In this document: positions 27,963-37,291 of the stretch, piece by piece
Numbering within the stretch: position 1 is the stretch's first letter
How the letters are laid out: every line of letters starts with the position of its first letter
From: Patescibacteria group bacterium
GTDB taxonomy: Bacteria; Patescibacteriota; Patescibacteriia; DYGC01
Length of the DNA stretch: 43,175 nt
Direction of reading: 5' to 3'
NCBI GenBank assembly: GCA_036769805.1
Contig: DAIPKK010000002.1
Span: forward strand, 1 to 43,175
Translations under genes and position numbers: made by a program
Notes under the pieces: model-generated
The model's database searches: none
Seen by the model: only the letters and a program-made list of their open reading frames with translations
Told to the model about the DNA's origin: nothing

Positions 27963-30131
27963 TTATTTACTATCACGATCGGGACGAGGCAATAAAGCTT
28001 TACGAGATAAATTAACGCGTCCTTGGTTATCAATTTCTTTAACAATGACCTTCACGGTGTCACCGATATTTAAAACATCAGTCACCTTATTAACGCGGAA
28101 ATGTTCCAGTTCGGAAATATGAATCATTCCTTCCTTTTGTGGTAAAATCTTCACCATTACGCCAAAGTCAAACAATTTGCTGACTTTACCTTCATAAATA
28201 TCGCCGACTTGAACCACTTTCACCAAAGACAAAACGATTTCCTTGGCTCGATTGGCCATTTCGGCATTGTCAGAGGTGATGAAAACCGAACCATCATCAT
28301 CAATATCAATATCAACCTTAGTTTCTTCCACGATTTTCTTAATGATTTTCCCGCCCGGTCCGATAACTTCACCGATTTTTTCCGGATCAATGGAGAAACT
28401 CAAAATTCTCGGGGCAAACTTTGATAATTCAGCCGGCTGAGAAATCGCTTTTTCCAAAACATCCAAAATTTGATTACGGCCTTCAATCCCACGAGCCAAA
28501 GCTTCTTTCACCATCTCAATAGTCAAACCATCGGTTTTGGTATCCATTTGGATGGCCGTTACACCATGGCGGGTGCCGGTAACTTTAAAATCCATTCCGC
28601 CTTTACCATCTTCCAAATCTTGAATATCAGTCAAAATTTTATAACGACCACTACCATCACTGGCCAAACCAATGGCCACGCCAGCCACGTGCTCTTTAAT
28701 GGGCACGCCCGCCGCCATCAAAGACAAACTGGAACCGCAAGTGGAAGCCATAGAACTTGAACCGTTTGATCCCAAAGTTTCAGAAACCACGCGAATCGTA
28801 TAAGGGAAATCCAACTTCGGTGGCAAAACCGGCAACAAGGCTTTTTCCGCCAAGGCACCATGCCCGATTTCGCGGCGACCAACGCCCCGCAACGGACGAA
28901 TTTCCCCCACGGAATATGGAGCAAAATTATAATGATGCATATAACGTTTGGTGCTATCATCTTCTTCCATGGTATCCAAAGTTTGTTCTGCCCCCGGAGC
29001 GCCCAAAGTCACGATGGACAAAATTTGCGTTTCACCGCGACGGAACAAAGCACTACCATGCGGACGAGGCAACAAGGCAACTTCCGCTTCCAAAGTACGA
29101 ATTTGGTTCAAAGCGCGACCGTCAACCCGTTGATCTTTATCTAAAATCGCTTTAGTAACTTCTTCTTCCGCCCAATTCATAAAATTCTTGTTTAACAAGA
29201 AATCCACTTTTTTGGCGTTCAATTCCTTCTTTTCCACCAATTCCGTCTTGGCCAAATCAATCATGTGGTGCAAGGTTTCCTTACGAGCACTCTTGCTGCC
29301 CACCGGAATATTAAACAAATATTCAGACCATAACGGTTGAAAAAATTCTTTAATTTGACGGCTTAACATTTCTTGTTCTTCAACGGTAAATTCCTGGTCA
29401 TCAATTTTTACCTTTTCCACCGGAACCGCCACTTTTTCTTTCCCGATTTGTTTTCGCAAATCTTCAATAAAATCAATCAATGGTGCGACTTCTTGCAAAG
29501 CCTTGGCAAAAGCGCCTTCCACCGCGGTGTTGTCAACAATATTGAAATCGGCATCCACCATCAAAACTTTTTCTTTATTGGCGGTCACCACCAAATTGAC
29601 ATCAGATTTAGTCAATTCTTCTCTGGACAAATTTACCTTATATTCATTGTCAATTCTTCCAACGCGAATACCGGCCACCGGTCCGTTCCACGGAATGGAA
29701 GAACAATGCAAAGCAATGGAACCGGCAATGATCGCCACCACATCCGGCAAATGACTCTCATCATAAGATAACACCGTTAAAACCAATTGCACGTCATTGC
29801 GCAAAGTTTCCGGAAACAAAGGACGCAAACCGCGATCAATCATTCTACCGATCAAAACCGCGTCTTCGGTCGGTTGACCTTCACGTTTGATAAAACGAGA
29901 ACCCTTGATTTTACCGGCGGCATACAATTTTTCTTCGTAATCAACCATCAACGGGAAGAAATCAATTCCCGGACGGGCTTCTTTAGCCATGTTAACCGTA
30001 GCTAAAATAACCGTGTCACCATATTGAACAGTACAACTGAAATCAACTTGTTGAGCCAATTTCCCGGTTTTAACAGTAATTTTTTTACCTAAAAAATCAC
30101 AACTAAAAGATTTTTCTTTGAAATCCATCAT
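27963..30131 (-). CDS. pnp: Polyribonucleotide nucleotidyltransferase (PNPase)
   Basis: 722 aa with two RNase PH domains and C-terminal KH (IGPGGKIIKKI) and S1 (GDIYEGKVSKLFDFGVMVKI) domains. Confidence 0.95.
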   Translation of the reverse strand: MMDFKEKSFSCDFLGKKITVKTGKLAQQVDFSCTVQYGDTVILATVNMAKEARPGIDFFPLMVDYEEKLYAAGKIKGSRFIKREGQPTEDAVLIGRMIDRGLRPLFPETLRNDVQLVLTVLSYDESHLPDVVAIIAGSIALHCSSIPWNGPVAGIRVGRIDNEYKVNLSREELTKSDVNLVVTANKEKVLMVDADFNIVDNTAVEGAFAKALQEVAPLIDFIEDLRKQIGKEKVAVPVEKVKIDDQEFTVEEQEMLSRQIKEFFQPLWSEYLFNIPVGSKSARKETLHHMIDLAKTELVEKKELNAKKVDFLLNKNFMNWAEEEVTKAILDKDQRVDGRALNQIRTLEAEVALLPRPHGSALFRRGETQILSIVTLGAPGAEQTLDTMEEDDSTKRYMHHYNFAPYSVGEIRPLRGVGRREIGHGALAEKALLPVLPPKLDFPYTIRVVSETLGSNGSSSMASTCGSSLSLMAAGVPIKEHVAGVAIGLASDGSGRYKILTDIQDLEDGKGGMDFKVTGTRHGVTAIQMDTKTDGLTIEMVKEALARGIEGRNQILDVLEKAISQPAELSKFAPRILSFSIDPEKIGEVIGPGGKIIKKIVEETKVDIDIDDDGSVFITSDNAEMANRAKEIVLSLVKVVQVGDIYEGKVSKLFDFGVMVKILPQKEGMIHISELEHFRVNKVTDVLNIGDTVKVIVKEIDNQGRVNLSRKALLPRPDRDSK

Positions 30132-30133
30132 AA

Positions 30134-30697
30134 TTATTTATTGATAATTCTCTTAATATTTAAATTGTTATTTTTTCTTAAACGATTTTGCGGACGATAA
30201 TTAATCAAATATTTTCCCTTATCTTCGCTTAAATTGATATGATCATCCACCAATTCCAAGAGCTTGGAAGAGGTTGTTTCTTGGAAAGAAACCACTTCCA
30301 CCACGCAACCTTTATTTTCTTGCAAGTATTGAACCAGCGGGGCGTAATCGCCATCGCCGGTTACCAAAATCACGCTGTCAATCTTATCAGCTAGTTTGAT
30401 TGTGTCAACTGTAATGCCAACATCCCAATCGGATTTCTTGCTACCATCAAAAAATATTTGCAAATCTTTGATTTTTACTTCAAAACCTTGTTTTTCCAAA
30501 GCGTCAAAAAAGGTATTTTCGGCGACGGTTTCGGCGCGCGTGGTGTAGGCAATTGCCCGAATCAATTCACGGTTAGCCACCGCCACCTTTAAAACTTCGG
30601 CAAAATTAACATTGGCATTATAGAGATTTTTAGCGGAATGATACATATTTTGCACATCCACAAAAACCGCCACCCGTTGTGATTTGTATTTTCTCAT
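30134..30697 (-). CDS. NYN (LabA-like) domain protein, predicted ribonuclease
   Basis: 187 aa with VAVFVDVQNMYHSAK at the N-terminus and LVTGDGDYAPLV, the NYN/LabA hallmarks. Its stop lies 2 nt before the pnp start. Confidence 0.75.
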   Translation of the reverse strand: MRKYKSQRVAVFVDVQNMYHSAKNLYNANVNFAEVLKVAVANRELIRAIAYTTRAETVAENTFFDALEKQGFEVKIKDLQIFFDGSKKSDWDVGITVDTIKLADKIDSVILVTGDGDYAPLVQYLQENKGCVVEVVSFQETTSSKLLELVDDHINLSEDKGKYLINYRPQNRLRKNNNLNIKRIINK

Positions 30698-30764
30698 AAA
30701 AATCTTTAATTTTAATAAAATTTACCTTTATTCTATCAAATAATTTTTACGAATACAAACCGCT

Positions 30765-30793
30765 TTGACTAATATCAAGATAAACTATAAAAT
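30765..30793 (+). promoter_or_regulatory. Candidate sigma-70 promoter of rnpA
   Basis: TTGACT-17 nt-TAAAAT, ending 18 nt upstream of the ATG at 30812. Confidence 0.5.
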
Positions 30794-30811
30794 ATAGAAA
30801 ATGATAATTTT

Positions 30812-31162
30812 ATGTTGGAAAAAAAATACCGTTTAACTTTACAAAAAGACTTTGATTTGACTTTCAAAACCGGCAAATATAAAAATCTGCCGAATTTTTT
30901 AACTTTACATTATCGGCCGGCTACTGAAAATGAACTGAAAATCGCCTTTATCATTTCTAAAAAAACTGAAAAACTGGCCAATAAACGACATTTAAACGTC
31001 AGACAAAGCCGCCACATTATTCAAACTCTACTAAAAGACAATAAAATTAAAAGCGGTTATCATTTAATTTTTATTCTCCGTCCCAATTATACGCAACTTG
31101 ATTTTCAAGAAAAAACAAACAAAATGATTGAAATTATCAAAAGTGCCGGACTCTTGAATTAA
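30812..31162 (+). CDS. rnpA: Ribonuclease P protein component
   Basis: 116 aa, basic, with N-terminal YRLTLQKDFDLTFKTGK and an ISKKTEKLANKRHLNVRQSRH block (RNR-like motif). It sits next to dnaA. Confidence 0.72.
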   Translation: MLEKKYRLTLQKDFDLTFKTGKYKNLPNFLTLHYRPATENELKIAFIISKKTEKLANKRHLNVRQSRHIIQTLLKDNKIKSGYHLIFILRPNYTQLDFQEKTNKMIEIIKSAGLLN

Positions 31163-31319
31163 TTTTTAATCTCAAATAATACACAAATTATCCACAGATT
31201 AAATTTATCTAATATAAAATAAATTTATATTAAACTATAAAGTTATCCACAAATCAATCTTTTATTTTTTTATATATTTGTTAAGATAAAATGGACTTAA
31301 AAATTATAAAATAAAACAA
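31163..31319 (+). promoter_or_regulatory. oriC part 1 / dnaA promoter region: two perfect DnaA boxes plus AT-rich DNA
   Basis: TTATCCACA occurs at 31188-31196 and 31243-31251 in the same orientation, 55 nt apart. The surrounding sequence is almost pure A/T. Confidence 0.7.
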
Positions 31320-32705
31320 ATGGATAACTCCGTTGACCAAAGCCAACTGCAACAACTTTGGCGATCAATTTTAGGAGAAATCGAACTGATGACCACCAAA
31401 GCTGAATTTAATACATGGTTTCAAGGTTCGCATATTTTAGATTTAAATGAAAAACAAATTACCATCGGGACCCCGAATGGTTTTGCGCAAATTTGGTTGC
31501 AACAAAAATTTACTGATACCATAAAAAAATTGTTGGAAAAACATTGGCAAAAACCGGTTGAAAAAATTGTTTTTACTTATTCCAAAAACAAGAATACTCC
31601 TGTCAATTATAATAATTCCAATACAATTACTTTAAAAAAGACGGAAATTTCCAATAATCCGCCGCAACAACAATCAACAATTGCCGAATTCGGTTTAAAT
31701 CCACGTTATACTTTTGAAACTTTTGTGGTCGGTCCGGGTAATGAATTGGCTTTTGCCGCCGCCAAAGCGGTCGCGGACTCGCCGGGCTTGATATACAATC
31801 CCTTATTTATTTATGGGGGAGTGGGTTTGGGAAAAACTCACTTAATGCAAGCGGTTGGTAATCAAATAAAAGCAATGTTACCGCAAAAGAAAATTCTTTA
31901 TATCAGCACCGAAAAATTCATTAATGATTTTATTTATTCCATCAAACAAAATTCCGTCAATGAATTTAAAAGAAAATATCGCACGGTTGATGTTTTATTG
32001 GTTGATGATATTCAATTTATTTCCGGAAAAGAAAGCACCCAAGAAGAATTTTTTCATACCTTTAATGAACTTTATCAAAATAATAAACAAATAGTTTTAA
32101 CTTCCGATCGTCCACCAAAAGAATTGGAATCTTTGGAAAATCGTTTATTATCAAGATTTGAATGGGGGATGATTGCCGATATTCGTACTCCGGATTTGGA
32201 AACAAGAATCGCCATTTTACAAAATAAATCACAGGAAAAAGGCTTGCTGTTAGATTCAGACTCAATTATTTATATCGCTAAAATGGTCCAAAATAATATT
32301 CGTGAATTGGAAGGATTTTTAAATAAGTTATTGGCTTACCAACAAATAAATAATACCCCTTTGACTTTGGAAAATATTAAAGTCATTATGGGAAATAATA
32401 TTAAAGTAAATCAAGCAAAAAAGAATCTTACACCTCAAAATTTATTAAATAATGTTTGTAAATATTTCAATGTAACTCAAGATGAAATATTAAGTAAAAC
32501 CAGAACCAAACATTTGGTTTATCCGAGACAAATCTTATGTTATTTATTAAAAAATGAAGCTAATTATTCTTATCCGGCAATTGGTAAATTTCTTAACGGC
32601 CGCGATCATACCACAATTTTACATGCCGTCGCTAAATTGGAAAAAGAAATTCACCATAATGAACAATTAAGACAAGATATTGAAAATATTAAAAAAGCAT
32701 CTTAA
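31320..32705 (+). CDS. dnaA: Chromosomal replication initiator protein DnaA
   Basis: 461 aa with the AAA+ Walker A GGVGLGKTHL, the DDIQF box, and the domain IV DNA-binding helix DHTTILHA. Confidence 0.97.
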   Translation: MDNSVDQSQLQQLWRSILGEIELMTTKAEFNTWFQGSHILDLNEKQITIGTPNGFAQIWLQQKFTDTIKKLLEKHWQKPVEKIVFTYSKNKNTPVNYNNSNTITLKKTEISNNPPQQQSTIAEFGLNPRYTFETFVVGPGNELAFAAAKAVADSPGLIYNPLFIYGGVGLGKTHLMQAVGNQIKAMLPQKKILYISTEKFINDFIYSIKQNSVNEFKRKYRTVDVLLVDDIQFISGKESTQEEFFHTFNELYQNNKQIVLTSDRPPKELESLENRLLSRFEWGMIADIRTPDLETRIAILQNKSQEKGLLLDSDSIIYIAKMVQNNIRELEGFLNKLLAYQQINNTPLTLENIKVIMGNNIKVNQAKKNLTPQNLLNNVCKYFNVTQDEILSKTRTKHLVYPRQILCYLLKNEANYSYPAIGKFLNGRDHTTILHAVAKLEKEIHHNEQLRQDIENIKKAS

Positions 32706-32956
32706 TTATAATGGTATAAATTGTGGATAACTTAAACTTTACTTGTATATAAGATTGGTATAAATAATTAATATAATAATAATCCCAAAATAATCCACCG
32801 GTTAACACTGAATAATACACAGACATATCAACAGACTGTGCATAATAATGATCTTATAAATCCAGGGTTTTCTAACCTTTTCCACATATTCACAACACTT
32901 ACTACTATTACTACTAATTTAATATATTTATATATTAATAATAATAAAGATAATTT
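32706..32956 (+). promoter_or_regulatory. oriC part 2 (dnaA-dnaN intergenic): DnaA boxes, a trinucleotide-repeat tract and an AT-rich unwinding element
   Basis: There is a perfect box TGTGGATAA at 32722-32730. Degenerate boxes lie at 32791-32799, 32813-32821 and 32878-32886 (TTTTCCACA). A CTA/TTA trinucleotide tract spans 32899-32917, followed by about 40 nt of pure A/T up to the dnaN start. Confidence 0.7.
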
Positions 32957-34096
32957 ATGAAATTCACTTGTACCCAAGAAAACTTAAATCAAGGTTTTCA
33001 AATAGTGCAACACGCGACCAGTAAGAATTTAAATTTGCCTATTTTAAACAATGTTTTAATAAACTTAAAAGAAAATGAAATTAAACTGTTAACCACTAAT
33101 TTGGATATTGGTATCAGTTATACTGTCAGAGGTAAAATTGAAAAAGAAGGATCTTTTACGGTTAATGCTAAATTAATCAGTGATTATGTTAATTTATTAC
33201 CGAAAGAAAATATTGATGTTGAATTGGATAATAAAGAACAATTACATGTTAAATGTTCCGGTCATCAAACAAAGATTAAAGGTTTAAACGCCGCTGATTA
33301 TCCTTTAATTCCGGAATTGAATAAAAAGAATAAAGCAATCATCACCGTTGAATTATTCAGAGAAGCCTTAAATTCAGTATTGTTTGCCGTTTCTAAAAAT
33401 GAAAATCGCCCGGAATTGAACGGTATATTATTTAAGTTTGTTAATAATCAATTGGTTTTGGCCGCCACTGACAGTTATCGTTTGGCGGAAAGAAAGATTA
33501 ATATCAAACAAAATGGTTTAGGATCGGTTAATGTGATTGTTCCTTCCAAAACATTACAGGAATTGGTTAGAGTTTTATCAATTCTAAAATCCAATATAAA
33601 AGAAGGTTCGGAAATGGAAATTTATTTGTCAGAAGGTCAAATATTGTTTATTTTTGATAATTTTGAGTTGGTTTCCCGTTTAATTGAAGGTAATTATCCG
33701 GATTATGAACAGATTATCCCCGTTAAATTCAATACTCAAGTAATTTGTTCGGTTTCCGATTTATTGAAAAACATTAAAACCGTCAGTTTGTTTGTTAAGG
33801 AGAATATCAATGATATTAACTTACAATTCCAAGTTAATAATGATGATCCTTTAAAGAGTGCCGTTCATATTCGGGCCGCCAATGAGCAATTGGGTGAATC
33901 TGACGCCACCACCAACGCCAATATTACCGGTATGGATAATAATATTGTGGTAAATTATGTTTATTTATTGGAAGGTTTGAATAACATTAAAACGGAAGAA
34001 GTGAAATTGGAAATCATTGATAATTTATCTCCGATTGTTATTCGTTCCGCCAATCAAGACCAGTATTTATATATTGTCATGCCGATTCGGCAGTAG
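32957..34096 (+). CDS. dnaN: DNA polymerase III beta sliding clamp
   Basis: 379 aa with N-terminal MKFTCTQENL, the ATDSYRLAE motif and a three-domain length. Confidence 0.95.
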   Translation: MKFTCTQENLNQGFQIVQHATSKNLNLPILNNVLINLKENEIKLLTTNLDIGISYTVRGKIEKEGSFTVNAKLISDYVNLLPKENIDVELDNKEQLHVKCSGHQTKIKGLNAADYPLIPELNKKNKAIITVELFREALNSVLFAVSKNENRPELNGILFKFVNNQLVLAATDSYRLAERKINIKQNGLGSVNVIVPSKTLQELVRVLSILKSNIKEGSEMEIYLSEGQILFIFDNFELVSRLIEGNYPDYEQIIPVKFNTQVICSVSDLLKNIKTVSLFVKENINDINLQFQVNNDDPLKSAVHIRAANEQLGESDATTNANITGMDNNIVVNYVYLLEGLNNIKTEEVKLEIIDNLSPIVIRSANQDQYLYIVMPIRQ

Positions 34097-34106
34097 GTTT
34101 TATAAA

Positions 34107-34138
34107 TAAAAAATCCCCGTTTATTCGGGGATTTTTTA
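34107..34138. terminator. Bidirectional intrinsic terminator between dnaN and the convergent PBP gene
   Basis: AAAAAATCCCCG-TTTATT-CGGGGATTTTTT: a perfect 7-bp GC-rich stem flanked by A6 and T6. Confidence 0.8.
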
Positions 34139-34145
34139 TTTTCAC

Positions 34146-37100
34146 TTATCGGAGAATAATCAAGCGAGCTTCGGTTTGGGTGTTACCACTCGCCGTGGTA
34201 AGTTCCAAATAATATTTATATGAACCGGTCGTGGGCGGAGGGGTGTTCCATTTGAAGGTATTGCTACCATTTAAGAAAGTTTCATTTATATCAAAACAAG
34301 TTATGGAACTGCTTTCAATATTTTGATAACAGAATTGACTTTCTTGAATTTGATTGGCTCCCAAAACATCAGCTGTAAATACTAAAGGAAAGGCGCTTAA
34401 TGAATAGGTGTTATTATTTTGAGGATAAATAATATTGAATTCCACCGGATAATCATTGCTGGATAATGTGATGGTAATGATTTGTTCTTGAAAATTACCG
34501 ACATCATCACTGACTTTTACTCTAACAATATGATCACCCAAGCTTTCGTCATATAAAGGATATTCCACGTAATTGCTATTATTTCCCGGAATTACCTTTT
34601 CATCAAAATAATATTCGTATTTACTGACGCCGCGCGGGGCGGTCGCTTGTACGGAAATAACCAATTTATTACCACTGATGATTTGTCCGTTTTGCGGTTG
34701 AATAATCGTTAGATTTGGTTTATTTTCCGGAAGATAAACATTATCATCGGTTTCGGTTGGTGGGGAAGATACTTCAATCGGTTGTAAATCATCATTGGGG
34801 TCGGCATTTGCCTTCTCGTTGTATTTTACCAACCAAGCCTGGATGGCAGCCTCCCAACGTCCATAAAATGGATCAGCGGCCGGATTTGTCGGGTAAGGAC
34901 CATTTGGGTTGTCTTTGTCACAATAATGTAAAATGGAATGAACTTCACGGAAAGTTTTTTCTTCCACATATTCCGGCGGTGTGAATTCAGAAGCGATTTT
35001 TCCGGAAACTTTATTTATTTTTAGAGTGATACCTTTCAATATTCCACCGTTTAAAACCGCTTTACTGCTGTTGTTGTGGGGTGGGGCGGGGAAATATTCA
35101 GCCGCCTTACCTTCCAAGGCTTTTTGCATAAATTCTTTCCAAATCGGACCGGCAACATAAACCGCATCCGCTTTCGGTCCGGTCATTTCTTTATTGTCAT
35201 TTCTACCAACCCAAACGCCGGTGGCGATGGATGGCGTATAACCCATGGTCCATCCGTCTTTATTATTATTGGTGGTACCGGTTTTAGCGGCCGCTTGGCG
35301 TCCCGGTAAATATAAGGCGCTATTTGCCCCGAAAATATATTGACGAGAAGCATCATCACTTAAAACACTGTTTAACATTCTGACTGAATCTTGTCTGATT
35401 ACTTGTTCGCCGATAGTTTTATTTTCATAAATGACATTACCCTGTCTATCAACGATTTTTACAATCGGACTGGGTTTCATATATAAACCATCATTGGCAA
35501 AAGTGGCGAAAGCGGAAGTGTGTTCCAATAATTTTACCTCAGCACCACCAAGCACGAAGGTTAAACCGAAACGATCCGGATCATTTAAAGTGGTATATCC
35601 GAATTTTTTGGCGATATCCAAAACATAATTCAATCCGGCCAAATACAAAGTTTTAACGGCTGAGATATTTAAAGAACCTTGTAAAGCTTTGCGCATGGTC
35701 ACTGCTCCATATTCTTTAAAATTATAATTGTATGGTTTATAACCGTTAAAATCAGTGACGACATCATAAATAACGGTTTCCGGATAATATCCTTTTTCAA
35801 AAGCCGATAAATAAACCAACGGTTTGATGGAAGAACCAGGTTGACGCAAGGCTAATGCGACATTGTATTGACCGTTATGCTCATCATCAAAATAATCACG
35901 TGAACCGACCATTGCCAAAATATAGCCGTTTTTCGGATTGATTGAAACCAAAGCGGCATTGTCACCACCTTGCAGTTCAATGTTTTCCATATTGGCGCTA
36001 ATGGTTTCCTCGGCAAGTTTTTGTAGGTTCAAATCAACCGTGGTGTATATTTTCAAGCCACCGTCTCTCAATAATTGTTCACTGTAGTCATCACCCAATA
36101 ATTCATTAACATAATCAATGGTATACATTACAAAATGAGGAGCAATTATTTTTTGATCATTTTTGTTTTTAAAAATGATTTCGTCATCTTTAGCATTATC
36201 ATATTCTTCTTGGGTAATATAACCTTGATCCAACATTAAACTTAAAACCAATTGTTGTCTGGATAATAATTCATCCACATGGCTACCGAACGGTGAAAAA
36301 TAAGACGGACGTTGAATAATAGCCGCCAAAACCGCCGCTTCGGCGATATTTAAATCTTTGGTACTTTTACCCAAGTAATTTTGAGCAGCTGATTCAATTC
36401 CATAATAAACAGAACCAAAAGGAATTTCATTCAAGTACATCTTTAATATTTGTTGTTTGTTGAATTTCTTTTCCAGTTGCCACGCTAAAATCATTTCTTT
36501 CAATTTGCGGGTAATTGAAAATTCATTGGTTAAAATGGAGTTTTTAACAAGTTGTTGAGTGATGGTTGAAGCACCTTGATAGAAGGTTTTTGCTTTTCCG
36601 GTAAAAATTTTCCAGACAATGTTAATAGCATCAACATAGGCGGCTTTTAAAACGCGGCGTGGCACCAAACCTTTGTGATTATAAAAATCTTTGTCTTCAA
36701 TCGCCACCACTGCATTGTAGACATAAGAAGGTAAATTATCCAATTCAATGGAAGTGCGTTTTTCATCGCCGTGCAATTCATATAATAAAGTTTTGCCTTC
36801 GGAATCATAGATTTTCGTGGTTTCCGGAACGACGCGGTTGATTAAACCGTCCGTGTCTGGCAAATCTTTGGAAACATAAGCTACGAAAGCGGAGAACATG
36901 ATGCCGCCGACGAGCGCGGCAATTACCCCGATATAGAGAACCCAGGAAAAAATCTTTTTCCAGTTTCTTTTTTTCTTTTGTTTGATGTTTTTGTCCATAT
37001 TAAGATCGATTTGATATTTTTCTTGATTGTTTTCGTCGTTATTTTGAACCAGCGTGGGTTCGGGGTTATTTATTGTGTCGTTCGTAATGTTGTTTTGTAC

Positions 37101-37208
37101 TTCTTTTGTTACTTGGATGTTTTGCTGCTCGTTAAAATCATTTTTAATTTCACCGATGGTTGATTTGATGAAATTTTTCTGATGAAAACGTTTTTTCTTT
37201 TTGGACAT
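34146..37208 (-). CDS. Class A penicillin-binding protein (bifunctional transglycosylase/transpeptidase) with a C-terminal Ig-like extension
   Basis: 1020 aa. GT51 motifs are EDKDFYNHKG, GASTITQQL and RKLKEM. Transpeptidase motifs are SSIKP (SxxK), SLN and KTGT. There is one N-terminal TM helix. Confidence 0.93.
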   Translation of the reverse strand: MSKKKKRFHQKNFIKSTIGEIKNDFNEQQNIQVTKEVQNNITNDTINNPEPTLVQNNDENNQEKYQIDLNMDKNIKQKKKRNWKKIFSWVLYIGVIAALVGGIMFSAFVAYVSKDLPDTDGLINRVVPETTKIYDSEGKTLLYELHGDEKRTSIELDNLPSYVYNAVVAIEDKDFYNHKGLVPRRVLKAAYVDAINIVWKIFTGKAKTFYQGASTITQQLVKNSILTNEFSITRKLKEMILAWQLEKKFNKQQILKMYLNEIPFGSVYYGIESAAQNYLGKSTKDLNIAEAAVLAAIIQRPSYFSPFGSHVDELLSRQQLVLSLMLDQGYITQEEYDNAKDDEIIFKNKNDQKIIAPHFVMYTIDYVNELLGDDYSEQLLRDGGLKIYTTVDLNLQKLAEETISANMENIELQGGDNAALVSINPKNGYILAMVGSRDYFDDEHNGQYNVALALRQPGSSIKPLVYLSAFEKGYYPETVIYDVVTDFNGYKPYNYNFKEYGAVTMRKALQGSLNISAVKTLYLAGLNYVLDIAKKFGYTTLNDPDRFGLTFVLGGAEVKLLEHTSAFATFANDGLYMKPSPIVKIVDRQGNVIYENKTIGEQVIRQDSVRMLNSVLSDDASRQYIFGANSALYLPGRQAAAKTGTTNNNKDGWTMGYTPSIATGVWVGRNDNKEMTGPKADAVYVAGPIWKEFMQKALEGKAAEYFPAPPHNNSSKAVLNGGILKGITLKINKVSGKIASEFTPPEYVEEKTFREVHSILHYCDKDNPNGPYPTNPAADPFYGRWEAAIQAWLVKYNEKANADPNDDLQPIEVSSPPTETDDNVYLPENKPNLTIIQPQNGQIISGNKLVISVQATAPRGVSKYEYYFDEKVIPGNNSNYVEYPLYDESLGDHIVRVKVSDDVGNFQEQIITITLSSNDYPVEFNIIYPQNNNTYSLSAFPLVFTADVLGANQIQESQFCYQNIESSSITCFDINETFLNGSNTFKWNTPPPTTGSYKYYLELTTASGNTQTEARLIILR

Positions 37209-37291
37209 ATAAAATAATTATCATTATAAGTGATTCTATAATGTTTATTGTATGAAATATTAAGAATTTAATCAAACCCTGAGACGGATTT

